From NCBI RefSeq assembly GCF_001194135.2, contig NC_068989.1, positions 89,561,246 through 89,625,245 of the forward strand: DNA of 64,000 bases, read 5' to 3'. A program made the translations under genes and the position numbers. How positions within the stretch are numbered: position 1 is the stretch's first letter; each line of letters begins with the position of its first letter. A model generated the notes under the pieces. It was not told the DNA's origin. It did no database searches and saw nothing but the letters and a program-made list of their open reading frames with translations. Positions 28,366 to 42,184 of the stretch are shown in pieces. This DNA comes from Octopus bimaculoides (Eukaryota).

Positions 28366-29061
28366 GTAAGCAGTTTTCCTTCTTCCTACTCTTCCCTCAT
28401 TGTCTCATTTCCCCCCCCTCCCTATATTTAATTCCCCTATAGAAGCCAAGAGTGAGCATGGGCTGAAGAAAGGAGCCACTACCATTGCTGGTAATAGAGG
28501 TCTTTTCTTTCGGCATCAAAGACAGGTTGTAGGATGCTTGTGTTGCAATTGTGATGCAGAGTGGTAGTGAGACATGAGAAGACTGGAAAGACATGGAGTG
28601 AGTATGCTCTGTTGGATGTGCAATGGAAGTGTGCATAAATGACATATGTGCTGAGAGAAAGACTGGATAGAAGAGGAATCGGGTGTAATTGCAAGAAGGA
28701 AGTCTGTGCTGATATAGACTTAGTCAAACCATCCAACCCATGCCAGCATGGAACATGGACGTTAAATGATACTACTTATTTATAGTTGTGTAATAACAAA
28801 ATTATGAATAATTCACTTTTCCAAGANNNNNNNNNNTTTTCCAAGACACTCAAATATTAGATTGAAATTTTTGTTTTTTTAAATCTGATTTCCCCCCCCC
28901 CCCTTTTTTTTTAGAACCTACAGTGCCCTGTAGATTTTTGAAAAAACATTGGTCTAGTCTGTTTAGTTCCTCCTTCAGAAAGGTTATTTGCTTCTTCTGA
29001 CTCTGTATATTGCCCAACATTTTGTCTTCAACTTTGTTCATTATCTGCCTCTAACTTACAG

Positions 29062-29330
29062 AAAATTTGGAGTTGATGCCCAGAACGTTCAAAAGAAAGT
29101 GATATCAGAATCCACAAGGCCCAAATCACATTCGGTAACGAAAAACAAGCTCTCTTGCCACAACAATAACTCTGTGTCGAAATGTACGGAGCTGTCGGAA
29201 AATGGGGAGCTGATTTTACGAACTGACAATTTATATTATGTCTCTTACTATGAACCACCTCCTCCCACAGAACGAGTGCTAGTTAACTCACGACACACCA
29301 ACGATGAAATATGTCTTGATGGTACAAAAG
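29062..29330 (+). CDS. MSL1: MSL1 coding exon B (KFGVDAQ...LDGTK)
   Basis: cttacag|A and AAAG|gtaagc; 269 nt, phase 2 to phase 1, open frame continuous with exon A. Confidence 0.88.
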
Positions 29331-31602
29331 GTAAGCTGTACGGTAGCTTGGCTTGTGGCTGCCAAAGACTTGCATCTTTTTTCTTTTTTCACTTTGTTTA
29401 CTTGATGTTTTATTTACCATACTTAATGGTATGTAAGATACACTTTCTTCCATAAAAAATGCTTCAAAAATAAAATTACTTTGGTTCTATATACAAAATG
29501 GCTTTCATTATTACATGCTTTCATGCACTAAAAATCCTTTTTTTTTCTCACCTGAATATGCACTGCTGAAATTGGGGTGCATCATTTATGCCTTTAAATA
29601 CATCCACATCTATATGTGTGAGTAGCAGAAAGATCTGGAGATTCTTTGTGCATGAGCGAGAGAGGTTGAGTTTGTTTATTGTTCAGTTTTGTTGGTTGAC
29701 ATTATTGCAAGAGATACAATAGTAACTTTGCTGAATGGTGTTGAGTGGAGATGAGCTTTGGAATTTGACAGTGATGGTAGAAAGTAATTATGGTAGAGGT
29801 GCAACAAACAATGTAGATTTTTTTTTTCACATCGTTTTTCTTGTTAGCTTCAGTGGTACAATTTACTTACTGCAGTGTAATGATTGTATTTTTTCTTTTA
29901 GAGCTGATTAGCTGCTCTACCTTGTGCTAACCCAGTCAAACTTGCACTAGGATTGGTGTTCATTTTCTTAACAGCACAAGGATGTTAGTAGAAAGAGAGT
30001 TATGTGCCTTGTCTGGGAACATAACAATGATAAATATGGCACTGGTGTTTTAAACTCTTGTAAATAGCTTTTATTTGCTATCAGTGGAGTGTTTCCAAGC
30101 AAAGACAGTGTTTATCGGTGGTATCTGAACACTTCTATAAAATTGCTCAAATTATAATACTGTTGGCTGTTTAAGCCTTTCTGTTGCTACCATTGCAATG
30201 TAAAGGGAGGTTGTAATACTTTCTGTGAAACCATAGACAAGTTGAACCATGTTTTAATGCACTCTGCTTTCCATTCTGTAAAATAGTCAGAAAATTATAA
30301 TCCATTGATATTATTAACAGATAAAAACCTAAGGAACATTTTTAATTACATATGTAGTTGAGTGTTTTTTTTTGTTTTTTTTTTGTACTACTAACTACAA
30401 AAACTACCAATATCTCAAAGGTATGACTGATGTATCTACATGTGTGTGTGTGTCAATGGTTTTATCTCTATATTTTGTCAATGCTTCATTTTACACTACA
30501 AGTTATTTTAGTCACGAATATCTAAAATGTATTGTGTGATATATTTGTTGTGAATGTAATTTATATTATAGTTAGAAGTACAGAATATGTTCATCCAAAT
30601 GACATTGTCTTCACATTTTCCTATGTATGTGTAATTGTGTTTTTGTACATTTTGCACTCAGAATTTGACTGGAGAATGTTTTTGATATATATATGATGTT
30701 GTTATTATAATAAATAATAGCTGAAATTATGTCACCTTGTCCCTTTGTGTATATGAGTGGACATATTTTTCCTCACATATGTGATCAGTATTTCTCTACT
30801 GGAGCCACTAATGTATGAACGACGTATTGTTATGTACCTGTATGTGTATGTTTTAACTGATTTTGTTTCGTTTAGAACTTGTAACCCCAGCCATTGTCTG
30901 TATGAGTTGACTACTGAATATCCCGATAACTTGCAAAATAATAGAAAAACTTTGTATTTGTTTTTCACTTAGTGACTGACGAATGAGAAATTGCTTATGT
31001 CAATCAATGAAACATTCCTAACAGGATCACTTTAAACCTCTAATTAATGTATTCAAATTGATTGACGATGCAATCGGCTGCGTAATGGAACAAGGGAGAT
31101 AACCCTGTGTTTCAGTTGATACATCACACGTTTTTGGTAGACGTGAATTTAGGCATCTTAGCCTTTCTCCTAATAATTATTTGTGTGTGTAAGATACATG
31201 TAGGTTATAGTGGATCGATGCATATGAAGGCAGAACAATTTTGTTTGTTCTATGTGAGGTATTTAAACTCAGTTAAACTAGGCTCCTGTAGCAGCTACCT
31301 TTTTATGCTTGCATGGGTCATATGGAATTTGTTGAGGCAGATTTTTTTCTACGGCCAGATGCTCTTGTTATTCATGGAATCTTGGAAGTGAAGGACACCA
31401 CTTACATGATGGTGCAGATCATTGTCACATGATATCAAAGTAACATGGAATGGCTGTGTGGTAATAAGCTTGCTTACCAACCACATGATTCTGGGTTCAA
31501 TCGCACTGCGTGGCACCTTGGGCAAGTGTCTTCTACTGTAGCCTCAGGCCAACCAAAGCCTTGTGAGTGGATTTGGTAGACAGAAACTGATAGAAGCCTG
31601 TC

Positions 31603-31634
<32 letters not shown>

Positions 31635-32464
31635 TTGTTTCCCCCCAACATAGCTTGACAACTGATGTTGGTATGTTTACGTCCCCATAACTTAGCAGTT
31701 CGGCAAACGAGACTGATAGAACAAGTACTAGGCTTTGCTCAACTAAAGGCAGTGCTCCAGCAAGGCTGCAGTCAAATGACTGAAACAAGTAAAAGAATAA
31801 AAGTGTATATGTACTTATATATATATATATATATATATAGTGGGCTTCTTTCAGTTTCCATCTACCTGACCCATTCATCATGCTTAGGTCTGTCTGAGGC
31901 TATAGTGGGAAACATTTGCCCACGGTGGGACTGAACCTGAAGCCATGTGATTGGAAAGCAAACTTCTTGCCACACCTGCACCGATGTGTGTGTGGGGTCG
32001 CTTTACGTGTGCTTTCCATGCTGGCATGTGTTAGATGGATTGCTGCAGTGCAAGTCGGTTCTTATTCTGTCCTCTTAGACATTTCTGCATGCCCTTTCAG
32101 CCAGCAACTGCTTTACAGGTGCATTTTATCATAGCAGTGGCACTGGGGAGCTTGTCGTGTGCCATTGCCTTGTATCCGGTAAGGGTAAACATTCACTCAA
32201 CACAAGAAGTGGATGAGGGAGCAAGAATATGATGGCAGAGAGAGAAAGGGTGATAGTAACAGGAGGAACGACAGTAAGAGTGAGATATCTGTGACTGTGT
32301 TGAAATCTCTGAGGCAATACATCAATACATGTGAGATTTAAGGAGATATAATATATATGATGATGCTGACGATGTCTGTGTGTCCCTTTTGTTGTTAATA
32401 TTACTAATGTTGATGTCTGTTTGTGGAAGCTGTAATCTAAACTTCTCGTACTTGTTTCTTTTAG

Positions 32465-32526
32465 TAGAAATTCCACATTGGCGGTTACGGACTGTTGCCA
32501 ATTGTTACACTTTAGAGGGTACAGAA
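32465..32526 (+). CDS. MSL1: MSL1 exon C, start of PEHE domain (VEIPHWRLRTVANCYTLEGTE)
   Basis: ttttag|TA and GAA|gtaagt; 62 nt, phase 1 to 0; contains the PEHE P-x-W-R motif. Confidence 0.92.
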
Positions 32527-32900
32527 GTAAGTCTTTTTCTTTCTTTCTTTCTTTCTCTCTCTCGCCCTCCCCAAAATCCTGCTAGGGGTAAACGAACTAT
32601 ATGTGGGGTAGATGTAGCAGTGAAATAAGGATGTACCAGTCATCTGCTGGTGTCCGTTCAGTCAGCTGTTCTTGTACTCATGTGATAAAATCATGATTCA
32701 TTATTGATCCCATTAAGACCATTTCCTGTTTATAACAAGCTTTTTGCTTTGATCCCAGCGTAGTCACCCTCGATAAGGTTTCCTCATTCTCAGCTCACCT
32801 ACACCCAACCCCTTGCTGTTTTACTCCATTACATAACCACCTACCATTGGATCACGTGAGACTAGTTTGTAACCAAGGCCCTGTTGTTTTCTATTTACAG

Positions 32901-32968
32901 AATTTAGAAGATGAAGTGTTTACTAAGCGCCACCAAAAGCCTGAACATGAAGAGAAACGGAGAAAACG
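32901..32968 (+). CDS. MSL1: MSL1 exon D (NLEDEVFTKRHQKPEHEEKRRKR)
   Basis: tttacag|AAT and CG|gtaaac; resembles MSL1 ENLDDSVFSKRHAKLELDEKRRKR. Confidence 0.95.
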
Positions 32969-34730
32969 GTAAACAGATCTTTTTTAATGGAGCTTTGTAT
33001 TGTTTTTGTTGTTTAGCTTCATGCCAGCTCTGAGCAAGCAGAACTACAATCACAGATGCAGCCATCCCATCTTTTTTTTTTGTTAAATATACTGTGTCTA
33101 GAACTGCTGATTTGATTGCATATAAGATACACTTTTTTATTTCCCTCCCCAATAAAATGTCTCAAGAAACTTACTCTGAATCCTACATGTTTAATTGGGC
33201 CTAAAAACTTTCTTTCTGAATATGCACTGCTGAAATTGGGGTCTGTCTAATATGCCTGTGCATCTTTTATGTCATCAATGACGGTATGTTAGTCAAAGTA
33301 TCTCTTGGAATGAGACTGAGAAAACTTGAAATGAACCTGCAATAATTATAAAGCTACAGTTGCTTACAGGCAGTCAGAGACAAACTGCAGGCCATTTGCT
33401 CTCCACAAGACTTTCTGAATGGCGCACCTAATGGAAAGTTACCTGGAATTCTTTTAGTAGTGCAGTACCACTTCATTATGAGCCATGTCTGATGTGGTCT
33501 GTTTCTGAAAAAATGGTTGCCCATGCATGCATGTCTCACCTCTCCAAACCCCCAGGGTTTATTCAAGTGAAAAACATGGGCCTAAACAGCCATGTCATCA
33601 AAAACTTTCCTGTCAGGACACAAACAACTGAGACAGATACGGTAAGGCATTTCACTGCCTACCACCTTCAGTTGGTCCTTTTTTTTTTTATTTACCTTAG
33701 GAGGTTAAGATCTTGCTGTGTAGCCATGTGGTTTCCCACTGTGCAGAACCATAGACAAGGGTCCTTTTCTACTATTGACAGCCCAATTTTTATTTACTAA
33801 AAGCTGAGTAAATAAACTATCACACTCGTGAGACATTGTCATAACTGATCAGCAGATTTTTGGAATAAGAAGAACAAAGAATTTGGTGCTGGTTTCCTTC
33901 TGTGGAATTATTTATCCAAAGCAGTCAATTTTTTGCTCTCCAATTCTGCTATATTTTTCTTGGTACTTTTCTCCCTATTCTAAAAGTCCATTGATCATCT
34001 ATTACACCTACAACTGTGATAGTTTATTTACTAATTCCTTCAGTAAATAAAAAAAATTGAATAATAGAGCACCTGGAGAACTGTTTTCTACTCTATACGT
34101 GTGTGTGTGTGCAGTTGTTGACCTAGTATGGCTTTGCTTGTCATTGTCTGAGCAAAGCAGTGACATGATGTTTACATTCCTTGTTGTCGTTGTGACCAAT
34201 TGCTCTGCTCCTAAGACATTTGGAGTAAAAGAAAAAAATCTCTTATTTGAAAACAAGTGTTGGTTTGATAACAGGAAGGGATCCAGCTGTAGNNNNNNNN
34301 NNNNNNNNNNNNNNNNNNNNNNNNNNNNNNNNNNNNNNNNNNNNNNNNNNNNNNNNNNNCCCCCCCCCCACGCCCATCTAATGTGTCCCCACATTTTTCA
34401 GGTGGTACAAGATAGTTTGTTTCTCTCTGCATATATTAAATGTGAGACTTAAAGAAATGTATGCTGGGCACAAGCGTGGCTAAACAAATTCCAAACCATG
34501 TGGTCTTGGGTTCAGTCCCCACTATGTGCCTTCTGCTATGGCCCTGGGCTAACCAAACTTTCAGAAGTGGGTTTGATAGATGGAAGCTGAAAGAAGTCCA
34601 CTGTATTAGTATTGAAACATTTGTTTTGCAAACAGATGCCCTTCCTGTTGCTAACCCTCACCTGTTTTCCAAGTAATGCTAGTTTCAATTCCATGTTTAT
34701 CTACATGTTGTATCTCTTTGTGTGTCACAG

Positions 34731-34858
34731 GTGGGACCTTCAACGGATGCGAGAACAGAAAATGTATGAAAAATTACGAGAGAAAGAGAAACCAGATTCA
34801 AAAGACTCCAAAGATGGCGACAATTTCTTAACATCTTTTTATCCTTCATTGGAAGACA
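34731..34858 (+). CDS. MSL1: MSL1 exon E (WDLQRMREQ...TSFYPSLED)
   Basis: tcacag|G and GACA|gtaagt; resembles MSL1 WDIQRIREQ...TSFFPEPDD; phase 2 to 1. Confidence 0.95.
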
Positions 34859-35344
34859 GTAAGTTGTCATCTTCTTCTTTCTGTCTTTGCTTCTTCCTTC
34901 AGCTTCCAGATTTCGTTGATGTGATTGTTAATTTTTGAAATCCCATTGTAAAGTAGGTGTGAGAGGCTGGATCTGGACCAGATATAGTTGGTTTAAATGC
35001 TAAAGGATTTTTGTTACCATATTTCTGTTGAGATCTGCTGCCTTCGTTTCAATTAACTTTGAAAATAAAGAATTTAGTTGGAAGCTTTTCATTTAGATGA
35101 CTTTTAAACAAGAAATCTATATCATAGAAGGGGCAGTCTTGGGTGGGTTGGCATCAAAAGGGTTAAAGCTGGAATCAGGCATGTGGCATGAAGTGTTTAC
35201 TTAAATGTGCAGTTGTCTCCCCTAAGAATTACTGTTTCAGCTAAACCACTCATGCATTAAAATGCCAGCAATACTGTATATTTCCTCATTCTTGGGTTGA
35301 CCAAAGCCTTGTGCATGGATATGGTAGCCAGAAACTGAAAGAAG

Positions 35345-35550
35345 GCAGCGAGCTGGCAGAGTTGTTAGCACGCTGGGCGAAATGCTTAGCGGTATTTCGT
35401 CTGCCGTTACATTCTGAGTTCAAATTCCACCGAAGTCGACTTTGCCTTTCATCCTTTCGGGGTCAATAAATTAAGTACCAGTTACGCACTGGGGTCAACT
35501 TAATCCCTTTGTCTCTCCTTGTTTAGCCCCTTGTGGGCAATAAAGAAATA
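35345..35550 (+). mobile_element. Deu/Nin-domain-like tRNA SINE, young full copy with 15-bp TSD; family very dense in 1.6-28 kb (e.g. 2671-2870, 7305-7545, 10323-10490, 18395-18590, 22020-22215)
   Basis: Head ggc(a/g)gcgagctggcaga..gagttcaaattcc, central gcctttcatcctttcggggtc(g/a)ataaa..agtaccag; TSD agaaactgaaagaag at 35330-35344 and 35551-35565. Confidence 0.75.
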
Positions 35551-35834
35551 AGAAACTGAAAGAAGCTTGTTATATATATATGCATGTGTGTCTCTGTTTG
35601 CCCCTCACTGCTGATTGACAACAGGTATTGTCCCCTATAACATAGCAATTCAACTAAGAGAATCAGTCCCAGGCTTCAAAACAAAAAATATCAAATCCCG
35701 GGGTCGATACCTTCAGCTAAAATTCCTACAAGGCAGCACCCCCACCTTGGCTGCTCTCCAATGATTGAAACAAGCCAAATATTATTGTTAAATGTTGAAT
35801 TGTATGCCTGACATTAATGTCTTTCTCTTTCTAG

Positions 35835-35907
35835 TCACACATTTAGAGATTGCAGACAAAGTACCAGTAACTGCCTTCGGTCAACCGATTCCTTACATAA
35901 AGCCTTC
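35835..35907 (+). CDS. MSL1: MSL1 exon F (ITHLEIADKVPVTAFGQPIPYIKP)
   Basis: tttctag|TC and TC|gtaagt; resembles MSL1 LPVVAFGRPLP; phase 1 to 2. Confidence 0.93.
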
Positions 35908-36285
35908 GTAAGTAACTTCGCCTTTTTCTTTTTGGTGGTGGATTTTCTCTTTTGTTATCTTCATTTCTGTGTGTGTATGAGCTCATATTTTCTTGTTTAC
36001 ATGTCTTCTTGTGTTGATTGTAAACAATAGCACAGGCATGGCTGTGTGGTAAGAAGTTTGCCTCCCAACCACATGGTTCCAAGTTTGGTCTTACTGTGTG
36101 GAACCTTGGGCAAGTGTCTTCTGTAGCCTCAGGCCAACCAAAGCCTTGTTGTGAGTGGGTAAACGGAAACTGAAAGAAGCCCGTCGTATGTGTGTGTCTG
36201 TCCCCCATTACCACTACGTCTATTCTTGATTTAAATAAAACCTTGTCCATTGTTATTCATGGTTTTTGTCTTTCTTTCTTTGCAG

Positions 36286-36391
36286 TGACTTTGAATTGCC
36301 ATGGGAACTGGGAGAGTGGCCCAGCTCGTCTAGTTCGAATGCGGACGATAACAACAGGCAGCTGAAACAGCGACGGATGAAACGCAAGTGA
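36286..36391 (+). CDS. MSL1: MSL1 last coding exon (DFELPW...RRMKRK*)
   Basis: tttgcag|T; FELPW motif; TGA at 36389-36391. Exons A-G total 867 nt = 288 aa + stop. Confidence 0.93.
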
Positions 36392-36825
36392 TTCCTGTCT
36401 TGCGAGCGCACACACTCACTCACTCACACACACACACACACACACACACGTATCACATACAATTACTAACTGTGCATATGCACCCATACTGATAATATAC
36501 AATAGAACTCCTTTTCTTCCCCCTTCCCACATCTACATCTCTCCCTTCCCACCATTTAATCATGTGTATGTGACATGCATTCATTTACCACAACTACAAG
36601 GCAAAAAACTGACAAAAAATACTGTGTGTGTGTGTGTGTAAATATATATATATATATATATTTACATATTTGTATATATATATATGTATAAATAAATTTG
36701 TGTATATATTTGCATATATGTATATATAATTATATATATATATAATGTATGTATATATAGTGAAGACTACAGAAAAAAAAAAACATCCATCCTGACTATA
36801 TTTTTAAGTAGAAAAAAAAAATTGA

Positions 36826-36831
36826 AATAAA
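36826..36831 (+). promoter_or_regulatory. Candidate polyadenylation signal AATAAA for MSL1 (another at 36691-36696)
   Basis: AATAAA hexamers 300-440 nt after the stop codon in an AT-rich 3' UTR; usage not testable from sequence. Confidence 0.4.
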
Positions 36832-39248
36832 GATGCAATGATTTGAAAATGAAAAATATGTTTAAAAAAACCCAAACTATCACCACTGTTAATTACTGAA
36901 TTGAAAAGGAGTATTAAACAATTTTTAAAAAATAGTTCAAAGGCTAGCATGTGTGTGTGTGTGTAAGTGTGAATGTATGCCAACTGTTATCTTTTTTCAT
37001 ATCTTTTCCACTCTGTTTGTTATGTATCTGCTGTTATTCTTCTTTAAAGGAAATCTCTATCTCTCAGGTTTTAAGTTTTCCTCCACTGCTAATATAACAT
37101 GGAAACTAGAGAAGGGAAGGTTTCCTCTTTCTAATCTCTCTCTTTAGCTCATATGTATAGTACGCGTGGAGTGTATTTGACAGCATAGAATATACATGTA
37201 TCAGAGCCAAAATTGCTGTATGGGGTCCAACTTTACACATAGGACCCAGGGTTATTATATGTCACCAAACACTGTAGAGTTTTGCATTCACACTTGTGAG
37301 AATGTGGTTTCGATTCCCAGACTGGTGGTGTTCTTGAGCAAAACACTTCATTTCATGTTGCTCCAGTCCACTTGGCTGTAAAGAGATAACCTTGACAGAC
37401 TTACCTTCTAATCTGGGAATGTTGGCCTGCTTGCCCAGCCAACAGGGTGGCATCATTTGTGACCAGCAACATATAACATTTTATAGTCTGGTCAATAATA
37501 TATGTGTGTGTGTGTATATATATATATATACCACCATAATATTGTATCAAGCTATGGCTTGTGAGAACTGTTGTTCTCAGTCACATCTTTGCAAGGCAGC
37601 CATGGGGCATGTGTCATTAACCAACTCTTTACTCCTCCACCAGTGTTCAGCAAAGCAGATTACTCTTTCTCAACTGGTGTTTGATTCCTGAGGCACCTTC
37701 TTCATCATCATTTAACATCTGTTTTTCATGCTGGAATGGCTCAGGCTTCATGTCCATTTTGGCACAGTCTCTGCCGTTGGATGCTCTTCCTACAGCCAAC
37801 CACTTTACAAGTGATATCTCAACTGGTGAGTTAAAACTTGGTGGTATCAGACACAGTTCATTGGTATTTCGTATACAGCAGTGATTCTTCTGAGTGGAAT
37901 TTATTTCTAGTTACACATTGTGACTGTCTGGTTAAGAAGTTTGCTTCCCAACCATCTGGTGCTGTCTTCTATTCTCCCTCACAGTTGAAGGGTTTTGCAA
38001 GTGACAGCGTGGCCACACACTAGTGTCAGTACACTATAAAGTAGTTGGCATTAGGAAACTGTGCCGAAGCAGGCACAGTCCTCTGGCTTGGTGTTTGTCA
38101 ACATAGAAAAGGGGACATTAGATTATGTGCTAAGTGAACATAAATATACAAACAGGCTTCCATACAGTTTCCCTTTACCAAGGTGCCACAGAGCCCTAAA
38201 CCATCTGCTTACAAAGTAAACGTCCATTTCCACACAGCCATGTCTACACATAGACATTGGTTTTGAGGGGAAAATCCTAAAAGAAAAGAATGCTTGGAGT
38301 AATGAGTCAAACAGCAAAGGTTTTGGGTGTTCCTCTGTTGTTTCTGCCTCCCTCCAATTTATGATGAAGATTAGAACTCTACAAATAGCTTTTACAATTG
38401 TTCCAGTCATTAGACTGGCCATGCTGGGGCATCGCCTTGAATTTTTAGTTAAACAAATCAACCCTCAGTACTTTTTTTTAAAGCTGAGTTATGGGGGGAT
38501 GTAAACAAAGCAACACCAGTTATCATGGTGGTAGGGGACAAACACATAGGTATATATATGACCAGCTTTTTTGCTGTTTCTGTCCACCAAATCCATTTGC
38601 AGGCCTTGGGTTGGCATGAGGCTATATAGTAGAAGACACCCAAGGTGCCATGCCATGAGACTGAACCCAGCAGCATCTAACTGGAAAGGAAGTTTGATGC
38701 CACACAGTCACGCCTGTGCGTCTGGAGACCAGGATGGATCGATACAATAATACACTCTATAAACATTTGTTATTCAACCACGCAAACTGAGAGAAGCAGG
38801 AGAATAAACGTGGCTATCCTTCTCCTCCCCATTGCACCTATTTACAAATACCTGAACTGAGTCAGAAAGGGATGATTCAGTAACAGTAAGACAATTGACA
38901 AGACTGGCAGGGGGGGGGGAAAAAAAAAAATGAAGGTTGGGGACAGAAATGATTGAGAAAAAAAAGTAACAAACTTTTAATTCAGGTTTTTTTTTTTTTG
39001 TCTTTCTTTGCAAAATATGAAGGGAAGAAGGTGAGCGTGTTGTGATGTATATTACAATATAATGCAGTGCCATTTATGGCGTTGCCAAAGAGGTAAGAAT
39101 TATATAGTTATGTTACAGAATAGAGAAAAATTGTTGATGATGGTAATGATGATGATGATGGTAATGACACTTGGTAAAGCTTTAGATTTTTACAGCTTTG
39201 ACAACAAATACAAGAGCAAAAACAATTTCATTTTGATTGTCCTAGAGT

Positions 39249-39314
39249 TTAAGTGAGTAACTTCTTCTTTAGAATTTCATACACCATCAGTCTCCGGAAG
39301 GTTGGCATGTCAGC
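39249..39314 (-). CDS. SENP1: SENP last coding exon (ADMPTFRRLMVYEILKKKLLT*)
   Basis: ttctag|GCT; resembles HMPYFRKRMVWEILHRKLL; TAA at 39249-39251. The 14 exons total 1533 nt = 510 aa + stop. Confidence 0.95.
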   Translation of the reverse strand, partial: ADMPTFRRLMVYEILKKKLLT

Positions 39315-39410
39315 CTAGAATGAAAGAAAAAGAGAGATCATCATCGGGTTTCTCGGGCAAATTTGCTGTGCTTGAGAAGACCTATTGAGTCGAGTCAAGT
39401 AAAAATCACT

Positions 39411-39638
39411 GTCATATAGCATAGTGGTTAAGAGCCCAGGCTACTAACCCCAAGATTCCGAGTTCGATTCCAAGCAGTGACCTGAATAATAATAACAACA
39501 TCGAAAAATACCTTAGGAATGAGAACTCAGATTCGAAGTTTCCCCAAGACACCTGATGAAGGCTGGAGGGTATATCAGGTGAAACGGTGTGTTAACAACA
39601 AACAAGATGAGGACAAATATCCGTCAAATATAAATAAT
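39411..39638 (+). mobile_element. tRNA-Arg-like hammerhead-tail SINE, copy in last SENP intron
   Basis: Same head, linker and tail as 47542-47779. Confidence 0.85.
39548..39593 (+). ncRNA. Decayed hammerhead motif
   Basis: CTGATGA and GAAACG retained; helix II 3' strand changed to CAGGT and U16.1 changed to G. Confidence 0.55.
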
Positions 39639-40452
39639 TTATTTTAGGTCTTTCAAAGTTTCCAAATTCTTAATAACATACACAATGGTGGAAAAATCAT
39701 TATCATCATCATTGTTGTTGTTATTTAACATCCGCTTTCCATGTTTTGAGGACTGGCAAGCTGGGAGGCTGCACCAGGCTCCAACAGCTGGATGCCCTTC
39801 CTGATGCTAACCACTCCTACAGTGTAGTGGGTACAGAGGCTAGTCAGGTAGCACTGGCCATGCTCGAATGTTGCTTTTTATGTGCCACTGGTATCAGTCA
39901 GATGCGAATGGCGACTTTTACATGCCACCGGCACTGGCATCGACCATGCTCAAATGATGCCATCTCATGTACCTCTGGCACAAGTGCTAGTCAGGTGGCA
40001 TTGACATCAACCATGCTCAAATGGTGCTTTTTATGTGCCACCAGCACATAAATATTAGTTTAAAAACCCCTTCGATGGAAACAAAAGGAAAATCAAAGCC
40101 AGCCCAGGGGTAGCTTTCAGTTTTTCTCCATCCAGGTAATTTTTTTTCTCAATTTACAGCTTCATCTACCTTTGAGTTCCACCATTAACAATTTATTTCA
40201 TGTCCCTTAGAGTTTCTAAATCCTTACAGCATAATGATATAAATTAGAATGGTTTCAAATTCTTGCACAAGGCCAGCAATTTGAGAGGAGCAGATAAGCT
40301 GATTACATCAACCCCAGTATTTAACTGGTACTTATGTTATCAACTGCAAAAAAGATGAATGATATGGTCGACCTTGGCAGAATTTGAATACAAAGATGCT
40401 GCTATTCTGCCAGTTTGCCACCTTAATAAAGAAGAGCAACAATAATACTGAC

Positions 40453-40548
40453 CTGTGTAAAGGTGATAGGAAGCTCTCGAGTAATGTAATCAGCGTATTT
40501 ACAAGCGAACATGCCACAATCGCTACCATTCATCTGATGTGGAATGTT
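40453..40548 (-). CDS. SENP1: SENP exon ([32 protein letters not shown]), oxyanion Gln and catalytic Cys
   Basis: ttccag|AAC and CAG|gtcagt; Q-M-N-G-S-D-C-G motif. Confidence 0.97.
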
Positions 40549-42184
40549 CTGGAAATAAAAGAAAGGAACGTAATGAACAATAATAATACTGACATGACAT
40601 TTTAAGGAGAAAGAGCAATAATCAGATGAAAAGCTCCCGGGTGTGACTGATGCGTGTTTTATTAACACAGCTCCCACCGCCATCCTAAGATAAATAAAAG
40701 TGCAAAAGAGAGAGAGAGTTTGGGTGAGATTTGAACTAAGAATCTTTAGTCTCACTTCAAGATGGTCCCCACTGTCAGTTTGAAGCACCTTTTCATCATC
40801 GTCGTTTAACGTCCACTTTCCATGCTGGCATGGGTTGGACGATTTGACTGAGGACGGGTGAACCAGATGGCTGCACCAGGCTCCAATCTGATCAGGCAGA
40901 TAACATGGTATATACAACTGAGGCTGTATTTAATTGAAATAGCCATCTGTATATCATATTTAATGTATATACACTGTCGACAGGCCAGTTACTGCAGTAT
41001 TTGTCCAGTGATAACATCGCTTATGGATTTGCTGTTAAAAACACAAAAGATATGAGAGGGTGAGACGAAAATTTGTCCCAGTGAGAGCACCAGATGCATG
41101 TTGGCTTTTGAGGCCCTTTTAATGGTGCATACTCTCAGCCATTCACATGCTGGAACAAGGATTTTTTGCCTCCAATATAAGAAACAATGAATAAAGCATT
41201 CACTGCAGTTGCTGTCTGGCTGAGTAGAAACTTGGACTAGCAAGTGTGTGTATACATTGAGTATGATACGTAGCTGTCTTTTTACTGGTTTCAGTCATTA
41301 GACTATGGCCATACTGGAGCATAGTCTTGAAGAATTTTTAGTTGAATGGATCCACCCCCATGGCTTCTTTTTTTTAAGCCTGGTACTTACTGTATCAGTC
41401 TCTTTCGCCAAACTGCTAAGTTATGGGGATGTAAACTGATACCAGTTGTTTGTCAAGCAGTGGTGGGGAACAAATACAGACACAAAGACACATGCAGATA
41501 TAGATATACATATACATATATATATATAATATAACCCATGCTAGCATGGAAAGCGGACGTTAAACGATGATGATGATATATGCATATGTGGGAACAGGAC
41601 ATCATGAAACGTGTACAACAAAAAAGTACGAAGCACGAGTACATGGAACATGAACTATTCTTTCGAACAACGAAAGACACAAATGGAAAACAAAACAACA
41701 TAAAGAACGACCCTTCATCAGTTGTTGGCTGTTTTTCTTGTCTCATATTTCGAGCATTATATGTGTGTGTATGTATATGTACATACACACATAATTATAT
41801 ACATTCAAAGATGGTCAATGCCAGTGCCACCTGACTGGCTCCTGTGACAGTGGCATGCAAAAAGCACTCTCGGAGTGGTTGGCATTAGGAAGGGCATCCA
41901 GCTGTAGAAACATTGCCAGATCACATTGGAGCCTGATGCAGCCTCATGGCTTGCCAGTCCTCAGTCAAATCGTCCAACCCATGCCAGCCTGACAAGCAGA
42001 TGTTAAACGATGATGACTGGGCTTCCTCACAGTTTCTATGTACCAAATTCATCCACTATGTACCACTCGCCCTGAGCCTGTAGAAGAAAACAACTTGCCC
42101 AAGAAGCCACAGCAGTGTAAAGAGATTGAACCTGAAACCAAAGCTATACATGTATCATACACGTAAGGAACCCCTAAAACTCAC

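Noticed and set aside
28817-28846. ttttccaaga duplicated on both sides of a 10-N gap
   Set aside because: A typical scaffolding overlap artefact, not a TSD.
32133-32176. Possible extra MSL1 exon (catag|...ccg|gtaagg)
   Set aside because: It lies in repeat-like sequence and would put an immediate stop in exon C; exons B and C already join in frame.
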